Source: Lepidodermella squamata
Taxonomy: Eukaryota; Animalia; Gastrotricha
DNA length: 64,000 bases
NCBI GenBank assembly: GCA_047495785.1
Contig: JBLDXI010000046.1
Location: 1,426,001-1,490,000 of the forward strand
Direction of reading: 5' to 3'
Shown in pieces: positions 49,201 to 62,100 of the stretch. The notes under the pieces are model-generated. The model searched no databases, was not told the DNA's origin, and worked only from the letters and a program-made list of their open reading frames with translations. A program made the position numbers and the translations under genes. Numbering within the stretch: position 1 is the first letter of the stretch; the number at the start of each line of letters is the position of its first letter.

Positions 49201-52200
49201 AACATGGTATCGCTGGAAAACAGGCGTTGTCAACGTGACTTATATCTTATGTTCAAACTATATAAAAACTTCATTGATGCTGAATTCGAGACGTTTTTTT
49301 TAAAAAGTCTACTAACAAATACGCTACTGTACATCGATTATCTGTACCTATGTGCCATCGTGACTGCTATAAATTTTCCTTCAATCGCCGCTTCATTAAT
49401 TTGTGGAATAGCCTACCATATGATGTTGTGGCTGGTTCAATTAATAATTTCAAGACATACGTTGCTAGTTTGGATAGAACAAAATTCTTCAGTTCTGCAG
49501 TGAGACGCCTTTAATTGCTACCGATCGTTCGATCAATTGCAAGTCAAATAAATAAATAAAATAAATAAATTCACCGCAATCAGTCCCTATGATCATGATC
49601 CATAACCATGACCCATCCTAGGCTACCGCTCCGGCTACCCGGGTTACATCAGAGTTGCGGAGAAATTGGGCCTCGAAGCTTACAAGTTACAAGGAAAAAT
49701 TTGAAATTTCGAAAAATGCGCGCTTAACAAGTTTGAGATTTTTGATTGGGTTAATCTGAGGTCAGGAATCTTGCTAGATACTGAACAAGTTTGGTTGAAT
49801 CGGGAGTCTAATCTTTTAAGGAGGTTTGAAGCCTCCCAGAGGACTGAAATTCAAAGTTTTAAATCTCACCGTTGGGCATTTGAATGTGTTTTCCTAAACT
49901 TGAGCGCTAAATAGAACATTCAACGGCTATAGAAATTTGAGTAGAATTTTCAGCAGATTTCTTCAAATCCAAGGAAAATAAATCAGATATTTACAAGGTC
50001 AAAAATTACCCTAATGTTATACCATAGCTTCAGGTAAATTCTCTGATTTTCATCTAATATTTTCAATTTATGACGCAGAATTAATATGGCGGGAGTCTAA
50101 AATTGTACTCCTAAAAAATTAAGGTGGAATATAACTTACTTTGCAGCTGCGTCGATATCCTCCAAACTTTTGTGGTAACGCTTGATGATTTCATCCTCCA
50201 TGCCAGAATCTTTACGCTGAGCCGCATTCAACCGAGCCATATCGAGCGGCGGTTCATTTTCCCGCCGCCTCGTTTCATTCAACAAATGCAACCGGGTGCA
50301 CAGCAAATCAGCGGCGCTGTTCGACGGCGCGCAGGCTAGAATCTTCGAACCAGGCAGTTGGTGGTACAACTGAAGCAGAACCTCAACCAGGGTCATCGTT
50401 TTACCCGTACCAGGCGGTCCGTACAGCAGGTAAGGAATCGGCCGGGCTAGACCTTCGACAATTCTCAGAACAGCCATTCGCTGCCGGTCGTTGAGAACCG
50501 GGTTGAAAAACGTCAACTCAAGCCTCGGAACGTAGTTTCTCGGATCAATTTTCGACCTGTCATTCGCTGAATGGCGGTCAAAAGCTGATTGGCGATGAGT
50601 CCTAAGCGCTACTCGGGTTTGAGCTTCCTTCAAATACCGGCCGTCAACATCGCTAGGGGCAGGGAACAAAACCCGCTGCCCTAGTCGCTTGTGGGCCAAT
50701 TCGATAGCTTGTTGGCATCTTCGAAATGGGGTTCGGTTGAATTTGAACGAAACGTTATAGTCCTCGCCATTGTAGGCGGAATGAAAAGCAGCTGCGAAAA
50801 GAACGATCACACTTTCGAATTGAACCTCGGCGATATTGCCCTCATAAGCCGGGCTGTTACTGTTCGGCGACGGGTCGTGAGCTATAACTTTATCACCAAC
50901 TAACAACGACGGCCTTTGCTCTGAGAGACCCGGAACTTTCAACGCCATTTGCGAATTCGAAATCACTGAAAAGAAAACCCGCTCAAGCGTATAACGATCC
51001 AGTTCTTCTTGAATAGAAAATTCCTCCAAATGCAGCAGAGTTGCGAATCTTTTCACGTAGTTATCAATCGAAATTGTTTCGGCGAGATACGGGCAAATTG
51101 TTACGACGTCTTCCCTATCCTCTAAGCACCGCCTTAATTTTTCAGGAATGTCGTAAGAGCCAAGTCGCTGGATGAATTCCTCACGCGGTTTCGTATTAAA
51201 AACCGGCCGTTCACCCGGGACGACGTATTGATTATCGCCTCGGAATGAATTAACCGCTGTATTTCGCTGATTTTGCTGCGGCCTCGGGCGATTTTGAGCA
51301 GCAGGCACGTGGTTGATGTTCATCATTTCGAGCGAGACACCTTCAACCTCGCAATACGTTGATATTTTAAGCTGGGTCTCTTCGCCGAAAATGAAGTAAA
51401 TTCGCGTGTTTTCAACACCGACTTGTTTGGGCTTACAATCCACCTTAAAATCAACACGCTGCCCGGGTGCAATTTCCAGCGGGAACTTCGAATAATCCAC
51501 CTCAAAAGCCGACATCGAGTTAGATCTGCCCTCGAATTGCTCTCCGATTTGAATATATTTCAGTACCTCTGGGTATTCGCCGTTATTGATGACCGAAATC
51601 ACTTCACTTTTCAGCTCATCGAGCAAAGCCTGGCCGAAATGAACGTCTCCATTGATTTCAAGATGCTTCAGTTGCTCTGAATCTTCATTCAACCTCACAT
51701 CTTTAGCTAAAGTTACGCCGCTAGATTCATTTGTAGCCAAAACTCGAGGTTTAAATGTAGATTGAGGTCGCGGGTATACGTTAATAGCTCGCCATGAACA
51801 GCCTTCAGCAGCCTGAGATTCAAAAGCTAAACCGCCAACCCACTCGCCGCGTAACGGGCGATAACCGTTCAGGCAAGCATCGCACGCTACGTAGATTTCG
51901 CATTCAATAATCGCGAAATCAAGCGATTGGCGGGTTCGATGGTCGTAGTACTTGCCGATTCGAGTAACTTCGCCTTCGAAATTATTCCAACGCAACGGCT
52001 CAATCGCGATAACGCGACCCTGTTCCGCATCGGTTTTCGTTACGGTCAAACGCACGAAGTCACCACGTGTTGGAATAAAAGCACTTATTGAGTTTTCTTC
52101 GCCGATTTTTGAAACAGGACCACCAATACTGACCCCGCTCAACTTGAAGGTAACACTTTGCTTGCCTTTCTCGCCTCCGATCAGCTCGACGTGAAGTTCG

Positions 52201-52833
52201 ATGTCAGACGGGCCACGGGCTGGGGGCGTCAGTTTTCTCACGTCGTTGATTTTCCCATTCATCAGCAGCAAATTGTCAGCATTTGAATTCAGCTTAACGG
52301 CATCGGGTGCCAATTTGTTTTTAGAACTGCTCTTTTCATCATCCCAATCCTCGTCATTGCATAAATCAGGTTGACGGTTCGCCGGTTCGACCCGGATGCA
52401 TTTGTTCCCCTCCAGCCAATACCGAACGAAATCACCAATCTATGAAATAAATCGTACGTTAATTTATTGTTATTGGAATATTGAATCCTTACTTTCATAT
52501 CAGACACAGCTTGAGTTGTGTCGTGCAGCATTTTATTGAATTGGATTCTGTTGTCGATGATCATTCGGTCCAATTCAACACGGGTAACAAAGCCCGTTCG
52601 AGTGATTTGCATGTTGCTTAACATCAGTTCCTCCTCATTCGGCCGAATGCGACCTATAGACAAACAACGTATTTTAGCAATATTCAACTATTCCGTTCTC
52701 AACTCAAACCTTCTTTCAAAAATTCGTTGATGGCTTCTTCGCAGTCCCAGACAGGAGAGAGAAATTCATTCTCCTCATCGCCCCTTTCGGAATCAGTGGC
52801 ATTAACGGTAGAAAACCAATTACCAAAAGGCAT
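46262..52833 (-). CDS. MOV10L1: MOV10L1/Armitage-like UPF1-family RNA helicase (5 exons; 2.8-kb intron 3 at about 50139-47342)
   Basis: PYLLYGPPGTGKT, CAPSNSAAD, DEAGH, LAGDPQQLGP, NYRSH, GVITPYRKQ, GTVEEFQGQE, RMNVALTRAK. A long N-terminal OB-fold-like region typical of MOV10L1. Confidence 0.88.
47590..47740 (+). mobile_element. Ty1/copia reverse transcriptase fragment
   Basis: WNQLLVTTLKDFGFKQCELDPCLF...LATHVD is the RVT_2 segment leading to a degenerate YVDD. Confidence 0.7.
48162..48476 (+). mobile_element. Crypton-like tyrosine recombinase (DUF3504-type) fragment
   Basis: DIVQDKKFTAANR...LQEFFFFNLLYHFGLRGRENLR matches the FGxRGRE motif of Crypton/DUF3504 proteins. Degraded. Confidence 0.6.
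49020..49570 (+). mobile_element. 5'-truncated LINE (CR1/L2-like) ORF2 3' end with (AAAT)n tail
   Basis: AFITYAMPHLDYASSVYSPY...RLESV...SLENRR..DL..FK, then frameshifted FNRRFINLWNSLP, followed by aaataaataaataaaataaataaat. Confidence 0.8.
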
Positions 52834-55076
52834 TCTAAAAATTGGATAATTTCAAAATTAGACTAATTTTCTAATTGCATCTCTTAAATATACATTACCA
52901 CGAGCTATATCCTGGCTTCATAATTTTTTTAATCAAGGAGAATTGCTTCAGATGGCACACAGAATTACCGAAATCTGCAGGAGTATAACTCCAGTTTCTT
53001 GCATTGGTTTGAAGTGTTTTACTCCAAAGCAAGAAAAAACAGCTCAAAGCAACAAAATAACGGCACTTTTAAAAGCCATGCTCTATGACTTCTGCAACCC
53101 GGGAAAATTATATTCCTTTTTCGCTGCCAGGGCCATCTGATTTTACTACGCTGACCCCGAATCAGTCTCCATAATATTTAAATGAGACTAGAAAAGACGG
53201 GAGCGCTAACGTGCGCCCCGTATCTATTACTAACTATATCGTCGCTAATAAAAAGTTGGATGTGACAAATGATGTGTCGGATGTCTACGGCGTTCAATTT
53301 CAACTGAGGTTTTGCTGGGTGTCGTTACTGAAATACAAGCGTCTATTATCCAATGCCTGGTCAGGTGACTTGAAATGTTGAACACTTTCATTTTGGAGAA
53401 CTTGTTCTATAAAGATTGTTGATACGGTTGGCACGGCTGTCGTTAAACACTGATACTTTCTGAGTTTGAGCCTGCTATGGAAAGCCCAGTTGATCCTAGC
53501 ATGGGTATACGTATCCCGGGCTTCGATAATGAGCTTGGCAAAGATGCTTTCAAGCAAGGCGCGGTAAAAATACTAAAATCCCGAAGCCAGCGAAGAATAA
53601 TGCACGAATAAAGCTATTACTGGAATGCATTCCAAAACTCTTCTGTGCGATGGCGGTCGAAGGGCGTGAACAAAATTTCAATGTTCTATAACATGACCCA
53701 GTCCGTTATGCACTTTACGTCAGGTCGTTAGCTTTAATTGACAGCAAATATTAAGAACCATTGCTTTGCAGATGCTTCGTGTGCCATTTTACGTTTACAG
53801 AAAAGTGTACTTCAGCAAATTTTCCCAAACCAGATTTTTCCAAGACGCTCAGTACCATAAAGCGCTTCCACCCAGTCATGTATGTAATTCATTGCAATAC
53901 GTCCATTGTATTAGCCATTAAAAGATATCAGGTTTTTCTCCGTTCCTTCGTTGAAATTTGACATGGAAATTCATCGTCAGTTTATTTGTGATCGAATTTT
54001 CGATTCAGAGCGACAAATGCTTCAAGGAGCGGCCGTCCGAGACAGTGTTTATCCAGATGTAAGACGGTAACTTTCAACCAAAGGCGTGGAATCTGAATTC
54101 AAAACTATTGGAACGCGGCCAACTGTGGGCTTGATCTTTCTCTAGTTCAGTTACAATAACTACACAAATTATGTCCGAGTAAAAGAAACTCGCAATATCG
54201 ACGTCATGATGTCCGACGAGGAACACGGGGAGGGCCAAGAAGAGCCATTGGCTCAGCCCGTCGGCCGAGGCCAACCACAACAACCGCAGCCGAAAAACCT
54301 GCTGTGGCCACATCACCAAAGACAACCCGTTGGACAGGAGACCACAACTAAGGCCAAAGCCAAATCCAAGGTCAAGCGGCTCTGGACCTCCAAAAGCGAA
54401 TGCAACATCAGAACGGCAACGAACAAACCGGAACAACCCTGCGCGGCAATGGAAAGAACGATTTTCGCGGGCTTGTATCAATAATGTTTGAACGTTTTTA
54501 AATACAATTATTGCAATTAGTAATAAAATAAGCTTAGTAGTGTAATTTGATAACCGGCAATAGCTTTTCCCGAAAATTCTTTTGAAAATGAAGGCGGGAA
54601 GGCGGCGCAAGGAGCGCGCGCGAGCAAAAACCCGCTGACTGACTGACTGACTGACTTCACCCTGACTTCACGCCCGTCCGTCACGTCCGTCTCCCGTCAC
54701 TTGTCCACTACCGGGGTGTTGACAGTTTTTTGTCGCCAAGCCGCCCATTACTCACTAAAAATCACTCCAATTTCGAGTCATCATTTTTTGGCGCGGGGCT
54801 GGGCTTCGTCTAATCAGTTTAAGTCCGTCGGCATCTTCATTTTTTTTAATTGTCAATTGTTTACTCTTTTGAGGGCTGAGGGGTCTTCATCGCTGATGCA
54901 CTTTTGCTTGAACCCTTCCTCCTTCCTGAACTTTTCAAGTTCTAGTTTTCCACAGCGTCATAACCGTTACCTGGGAATTACGAATCACCCATCACCCCTA
55001 TCCTGTAGTACATTAGATTACATAAATAGTCAGTGAAAAGATCCCGAGTTAATAAACTACTAAACACTCGTCGCGT

Positions 55077-56663
55077 ATGGATAACATTATTGAGCAAGCA
55101 TTTATTGGCGGCGAATTTGTTGATGCCAGTGATGGAGGCAGATACGAGGGTAAGAAAATGTTTAGATTTGCGTTGGAACTTGGCCTATAAATCCCGCTTC
55201 AATACTATACTTTCAGTAATTAACCCAAGCACTGGATCTCGGATTGGTTCAGTGCCGGATATGTCCTCTGCTGACACTGAATTGGCCATAAATTCAGCGT
55301 ATAATGCATTTCAAAGCTACCGTAATATTTTGGCAAAAGTTTGTACCTTGGGAATTATTTTAATTACTTTCACCGAAATCACTGATAGGAAAGAGCAGTC
55401 TTTCTCGAGAGGATTCGCGATATACTAACCGCAAATGCGGATAACTATGCCAGGGTACTTACTTGCGAGATGGGTAAGCCATTGGCTGAAGCGAAAGCGG
55501 AATTTCTGTTCGCTGCCTCTTTTATGGATTGGTACGCCGGCGAAGCTCGTCGGACATACGGTGATTTCGCTCCAACTCCTTTTCCTAATCGTCGCATGCT
55601 GTTCGTTAAACAACCGGTCGGCGTTGTCGGTGCAATTACGCCCTGGAACTTCCCCATTGGCATGATGGCGCGTAAAGCAGGCGCCGCACTGGCTGCTGGA
55701 TGCACTATCGTTATTAAGCCAGCCGAAGACACGCCATTTTCTGCGCTCATTTTTGCCAAGGTTTGCCAAGAAGCGGGTGTGCCGCCAGGAGTCGTAAACA
55801 TCGTCACATCTAGCCGGAATAATGCCATTACGATCGGCCGCGTCCTTTGTGAGAGTCATCTGGTCGCTAAAATATCATTTACCGGCTCCTCAGTCGTGGG
55901 AAAATTGTTAATGAAGCAAGCAGCAGAAACTATGAAGCGTTTTTCCGGTGAGCTCGGAGGAAACGCTCCATTCATAGTTTTTAATTCTGCTAAAATCACC
56001 GATGCTGTTTCCGGCTTGATCGCCAACAAGTTTCGCGCATCAGGACAAACATGTGTCTGTGCGAATAGAATTTTCGTTCAGGAGGCAGTGTTCGAAACTT
56101 TCACGGAGTCCTTGGTTGCAGCTGTTCAACATCAACTGAAAGTTGGAGATGGATTGAGCCCAGGCGTCAACCAGGGCCCGTTGATTAACAGGCGAGCTGT
56201 TGAAAAGGTTCAAAGCCTAGTTGATGACGCTGTTTCCAAAGGCGCTAAGTTGTTGTGTGGTGGCAAGGTTCATCCTGTTCTGGGAGGAAATTTTTTCGAA
56301 CCCACTGTATTGTCGGGAGTTGAGCCCGAAATGAAAATATTTAGCGAGGAAATATTTGGCCCCGTCGCGAGCATTATCAAGTTTAAGACAGAGGAGGAAG
56401 TCATCCGCTTGGCTAATGATACCAGATCCGGCCTAGCGTCTTACTTTTACTCCCAAAATTACTCCCAGGTATGGCGTGTCGCCGAAAAGTTGGAATGTGG
56501 CATGGTTTCGATCAACGAACCGATGCTTTCAAGCGCGGAAATGCCGTTCGGAGGCATTAAAGAGTCTGGAATAGGCCGAGAGGGATCCAAGTACGGTCTT
56601 GATGATTACATGCACATCAAATATATTTGCTTCGGTGGTCTTGAGATGCAAGCCTCAGATTGA
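55077..56663 (+). CDS. ALDH5A1: Succinate-semialdehyde dehydrogenase (exons 55077-55149, 55218-55338, 55389-56663)
   Basis: EMGKPLAEA, EARRTYGD, ITPWNFP, FTGS, ELGGNAPF, KFRASGQTCVCANR, EEIFGP and PFGGIKESGIGREGSKYG. Confidence 0.92.
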
Positions 56664-56816
56664 AGTTATTCATTAATTTATAGGAAAGCCCGCTTGCTCC
56701 TTCGATTACTTTTGATTTTCACTCCCCTGATAAATTGACCGTCATCTTGTTTTATTTTTGATCATTTATTTTGCCTCCTTTTCCTATATAGATAGTATTA
56801 AAATTTTGAAGTTGGC

Positions 56817-59021
56817 ATGGACTTTGGGTCGCAGGCTCCTGAGGACCCTGAGTTGAAAAATGTGATCGACAAATTGGCGCAGTTTGTTGCCAGGAACGGC
56901 GCTGATTTCGAGCGAATGACAAAAGAAAAACAGAAAAACAATCCGAAGTTCGGCTTCCTCTTTGGCGGTGATTATTATAATTACTATCAATACCGCCTTA
57001 CAACAGAGCAAGCGATACTTCGAAAACAAGGAGTCGGTCCGTACCCGCCTCCAGGAATGCCATATCCTCCAAATGGTCCGCCTCCTCACTTCGGCGCCCC
57101 TCCGCCGTCGTTTGTACCTCCGTGGACTAACCGACCCCCTCCCCCTGGTATGCCTATGAGTATGCCACCCCCACCAATGGGTGGCCCACCACCGATGCCA
57201 CCTCACGGACCGCCGCCTCATATTCATCTTCAACAGCTGCAGCGTCAATTGGACGATTTGCAAGAGCAAATGAACTCGTCCGACCGAAATCTCCATGCTC
57301 AGCGAGATGCTATAATGAGTCAGAAACAAGCTGAACTCGACCAGATTCGGATCGATTTACCTCGACGAATCCTTCACAATCTTTCCAACAACACCGGAAT
57401 TGCATTGGAAGAATTCGACGCCGTAGTTCTGCCGTTGATAGACGCGTGTACTAAGGATAACATGGGCAATGCTAAATCATGGCTACTGTCTCGTTTAAGC
57501 ACCCCGGAGCACTACGATTTATTCACGCTGTTCCTTTTCAATCGCTCGACCATGTTGTCTAGTCAAGGCCCACCGAAATTCGATGGGTGTTTGCACCTCG
57601 TATACCTGGTCAACGATTTGCTGCATCACGCGGTTAAAAAGCAAATCGAAGGCCTACGTCTCGCTCTTCGTCGAGTTATCCCTGCGTTATTCAGCGAAAC
57701 ACTAGTGATATCAAACGGGGAGGAAGATAAACTTGCGAAATTGTTCAAATTGATCAACTTATGGCGGCAAAACGGCTACTTGGACGAGCAGGTTTTGCAG
57801 TTATTGGAGGATACTAACAACCGAGGAGCTGGGCGAAACTGGTTTTTGAATGAAGTTATGCACACCATGTTACCCCATGGTGACCCTCATTTCGGCCCAA
57901 ATTGTGCGGATATCGAGAATCGTTATCATCACCAGTACAGCCAATTGGAGCAGCAAAATAACGAATATGCGGCTCATATTCACGGCCAAATGCAAAATAT
58001 TAGGCAAAGTGAGCTTTTGAGGGATCTAATGATTGAGCAACATTTTTGTGATTTTTTCCAGTGATTCAAAACGTTCAAATGCAGATGCAGGGACCACCGC
58101 CGCCATTCCCACCTTTCCCACCTCAATCAGGCCCTCCCCCTCCGATGATGGGCGGACCTCCTCCAAACGTACCCTGGTCGTGTGAGTTTCTTTTAATTTC
58201 ATCCAAAAAAGCCTATTGATTTTCGGAGATCATCAAAAATTGAAATTTATTTCCGCTAAGTAACTGAATGAAATTTTTGGTCTTTTCAGCTCCTCCTCCG
58301 CCATTACTTCCGCCGCCTCAAAGCTTGCCTCCACCGTTGTATGGTGGAAATGTACCGCCCCCGCTGTTAGGACCGCCACCAACAGATCCGCACTTGCCTG
58401 TTGATACTTCGCGCCCTCCGCCGTCACTTTTCAGCGGTCCACCGCCGGGTTTTATGCCGCCTCAACGCCAACCGACTCCACCTCCTCCAGCCCCTTATTA
58501 CGACCTGCCGGCTGGTTTGATCGTCCCGCTGGTCAAACTCGAGGATAACAGCTATGAGCCGATAGGTATGTCTTTTTGACCAATAATTTTATATTTTTAA
58601 TGTTTTATTTTTATTAATTTCAGACCCTTCAAAAATTCGCCTGCCCCATCCTTGTCCGCCAACCGAGCGATTATTAGCCGCAGTCGAGGCGTTTTACGCC
58701 CCTCCTAGTCATGATAACCCTCGTGATTCAGAAGGCTGGGAACGATTGGGGTTGTACGAATTTTTCCAGGCCAAAGAACGCGCCGCTCGAGAGGCGAGAG
58801 CGCGAAAACGCGCTGAAGAGCGAGATCTTCGCCGTCGATCTCGATCTCGTTCCTCTTCACCGCGATCACGGTCGAGAAGTTCTTCGAGTTCGAGATCTAC
58901 CTCAGGCTCGCCGGTTCCTTACCTGAGATCGAGTAGAAGTCGAAGTCGCTCACCGCCGCCACAGGCCGCTCATAAATGGGCAAAACACAATAGCTCATCA
59001 TCATCTAGTTCTTCAAAATAA
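56817..59021 (+). CDS. CHERP: Calcium homeostasis ER protein / U2-associated splicing factor (SURP, CID, Pro-rich, DUF819, RS), 4 exons
   Basis: VIDKLAQFVARNG..FE.MT.EKQK.NPKF.FLFGG (SURP), LHLVYLVNDLLHH (CID), PYYDLPAGL, ERLLAAVEAFY...EGWE.LGLYEFF and an RS tail. Confidence 0.93.
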
Positions 59022-59157
59022 TGATGCAAAAAATTGTGATTTATTGATATAAAATTCCGCTCAATTTTTTTAAAAGCAACGTGATAAACTTGAAATTGAA
59101 AAATCCACCTTAAACATTCTTCTTTTCTAGATTTTTCGGTTGAAAAATTACTGAAAA

Positions 59158-62100
59158 ATGTATAAGGCGCAGGAAATGGATTACGAGAACGATGACGACG
59201 AGATCAACCCGGAAATGTGGCAGGAGGCGTGCTGGGTTGTTATCAGTGCGTATTTCGACGAAAAAGGTCTCGTACGCCAGCAGTTGGACTCTTTCGATCA
59301 GTTTATCCAGACTTCGGTTCAGAAAATCGTCGCCGATACACCGCCGATTGAGTTGCAATCTGAAGCTCAATATTCTGACGGTAGACTTGAAACTCCCACA
59401 AGGTAATTTTCAAATTATTGAAAAGCTAAATCTGTGTAGATTTACTAATCATAAAAAATTCGATTATAAAATTTTGGATTTTTATTAATTTGATATTCGT
59501 TTTTCTCATTTTTCAGGTACACCGTACGATTCGAGCAAATTTACATTTCAAAGCCGACAAATTGGGAAAAAGACGGCTCTCCTATTCCAGTAACACCAAA
59601 CGAAGCCCGTCTTCGAAATTTGACCTACGCCGCCCCGCTTTTCGTCGACATCCGAAAATCAGTGCAGCGATCAGGGGAGGACGTGCCTAAGGACACAGTC
59701 GAAAAACAGGTTTATATCGGCAAAATCCCGATCATGCTTCGATCGACTTATTGCCTGTTATCGCGGCTCGAAGACCGAGAATTGTACGAATTCAACGAAT
59801 GCCCTCTTGACCCCGGCGGGTATTTCGTCATCAACGGCTCTGAGAAAGTTTTGATCGCCCAGGAGAAAATGGCGACTAACAACGTGTATGTCTTCCAGCA
59901 GAAGGATGGAAAATTCGCGTATAAATGCGAAATTCGATCGTGCATCGAACACTCTAGTCGACCGACTTCATCCCTTTCTATCAATATGTTGGCTCGAAGT
60001 GGCCAGGGCATTAAACGCGGCACTTTAGGCCAGCCCATTGTCGCGGTTCTGCCGTATATTAAACAGGAAATTCACGTTATTATCGTTTTCCGAGCGTTGG
60101 GTTTCGTCTCAGATCGAGACATTCTTGAGCACATTATCTACGACTTTGACGACCAAGAAATGATGGAGATGTTGAAGCCGAGTTTGGACGAGGCTTTCGT
60201 CATTCAGGAGCAAGGAGTTGCCTTGAATTTCATCGGCGCGAGAGGTGCTCGGCCTGGTGTAAGTCGCGAGCGGCGTATTCGTTACGCAAAGGAAATTTTA
60301 CAAAAGGAAGTCCTACCCCACGTTGGTGTTTCGGAATTTTGCGAAACGAAAAAGGCCTATTTCCTCGGCTATATGGTGCATCGGCTACTCCTCGCCTCGC
60401 TCGGCCGTCGACAGTGCGACGATCGCGATCACTACGGCAATAAGCGTCTTGACTTGGCTGGGCCGTTGATGGCCTATTTGTTCCGCGGGCTGTTTCGCAA
60501 TTTGACGAAGGAGTTCCGCATGTATGCACAGAAGTACATTGATCGCGGCAAGGAGTTCAGTGTGCCACTGGCTATCAAAACGCGCATCATCACCGATGGT
60601 CTCAAATATTCACTTGCTACCGGCAACTGGGGTGACCAGAAGAAGGCAAGATTTTTTGCTATTTTCCAACCATTTTTAGACTTCGCTAATTTCGCTGTTA
60701 TTTCATACATTTTTTATATCTAAAACTTAAGAAAAACATTTGACATTCAATTTCACCGAATAATTAAAAATTTACTGGATAAAACCCGGAAAAATCCGAA
60801 AGTTCGGTAATTATCGGTATATTTTACCCGGAATGGCCCATTTGCTGATCATTTTTATTCCTTTTTCTAGTTCAGTTTAAAAGAGTGTAATAGGTACATA
60901 GGCGTCAAATCATGATGATCATTTCGAGCAAATAAAATGTCCACCATAAAATTCCATTAACATAATTTTTCGAGTGAAAAGGTAAGTTGTTCATTCGGCG
61001 AGCAACTTGATTTTTGGTGGACAATCATTCGTCTTCGAAATCTCTACCGTAATCCGTTACAACTTTTAACGGGTAAAAGTTTGAACATTTCACGCAAATC
61101 AGCTTTTCTCTGAAACCATGGAGATTTACCGCTTGGGAATTTTACAGAATATAGGTCTCATTGAGATCTAACATTATGCTAAGTTTCATCAACACAGCCC
61201 TCACAGTCTCTTCCTTTATAATTCCCGAAAAAAACAACGTTTTTGGTCTACTTGGGCCTCGACATGTCAGCCAAATGTGCATACTTCTGTTGGGGCATTT
61301 AGAAACATTTGCGGCCACATGGCTCCAAGATAGAAATGCGAAAATGTAAAGATGGATTCTAAATTAAAAAGAAGCTCAATCCTGAATACATCGGAATAAG
61401 TGTCCAGTAATTCCGCTCGGTTTCACCTTGTGCACCGGGTCAATCGGACATGTCATAAGTACACGGTCCATAGTATGTTGGCCGATGCGATTACTTTTTG
61501 GTCCTAATTTTCTAATTCATTTCTTTTGCAAAATTTCACAATGTTTCAAGCTTTTTGTTTTGAAGGCTGATTAATTATTAATTATTTTCTAGGCCCATTT
61601 GGCTCGAGCTGGTGTGTCTCAGGTGTTGAATCGACTGACCTATGTGTCGACGCTTTCCCATTTGCGCCGCCTCAACTCGCCAATTAACCGCGACGGCAAA
61701 CTCGCCCGCCCCCGCCAGCTCCATAACACCCACTGGGGCATGATTTGCCCTGCCGAGACACCCGAAGGCCACGCTGTCGGTCTCGTGAAAAACTTGGCCA
61801 TGATGTCGTACATTTCCGTCGGTTCCGAAGCTGCGCCGATTCTTGAGTTTTTGGAAGAATGGTCCATGGAATCGCTGGAAGAAATTGCGCCCTCGTCGAT
61901 TGCGGACGCGACTAAAATTTTCGTCAACGGTGCTTGGGCTGGTATTCATCGTGAACCTGATGTTCTGATGAACACACTCAGAAAACTGCGTCGCCAAATG
62001 GATATCGTCGTATCCGAGGTTCGATTTTTTAATTGGAAACTTTCGTGTTGCAAAATTCGATTTTTGCGCCTTCAATTTTTCGAAAATTGAAAATGTCACT

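Noticed and set aside
53185-54700. Hairpin at about 53197-53222, stop-riddled coding-like sequence, 92-aa ORF and (ACTG)n/CGTC repeats resembling a Helitron/HINE remnant
   Set aside because: I could not identify a Rep/helicase motif or unambiguous termini, so it is left unassigned.
55077-56663. Bacterial GabD-like start suggesting horizontal transfer
   Set aside because: The gene has two spliceosomal introns, and ALDH5A1 is similar to GabD anyway. No evidence without a phylogeny.
60912-61115. C/D-box snoRNA candidate or hairpin in the RPB2 intron
   Set aside because: ATGATGA and CTGA are about 200 nt apart with no terminal stem. The imperfect inverted repeat looks more like a decayed MITE.
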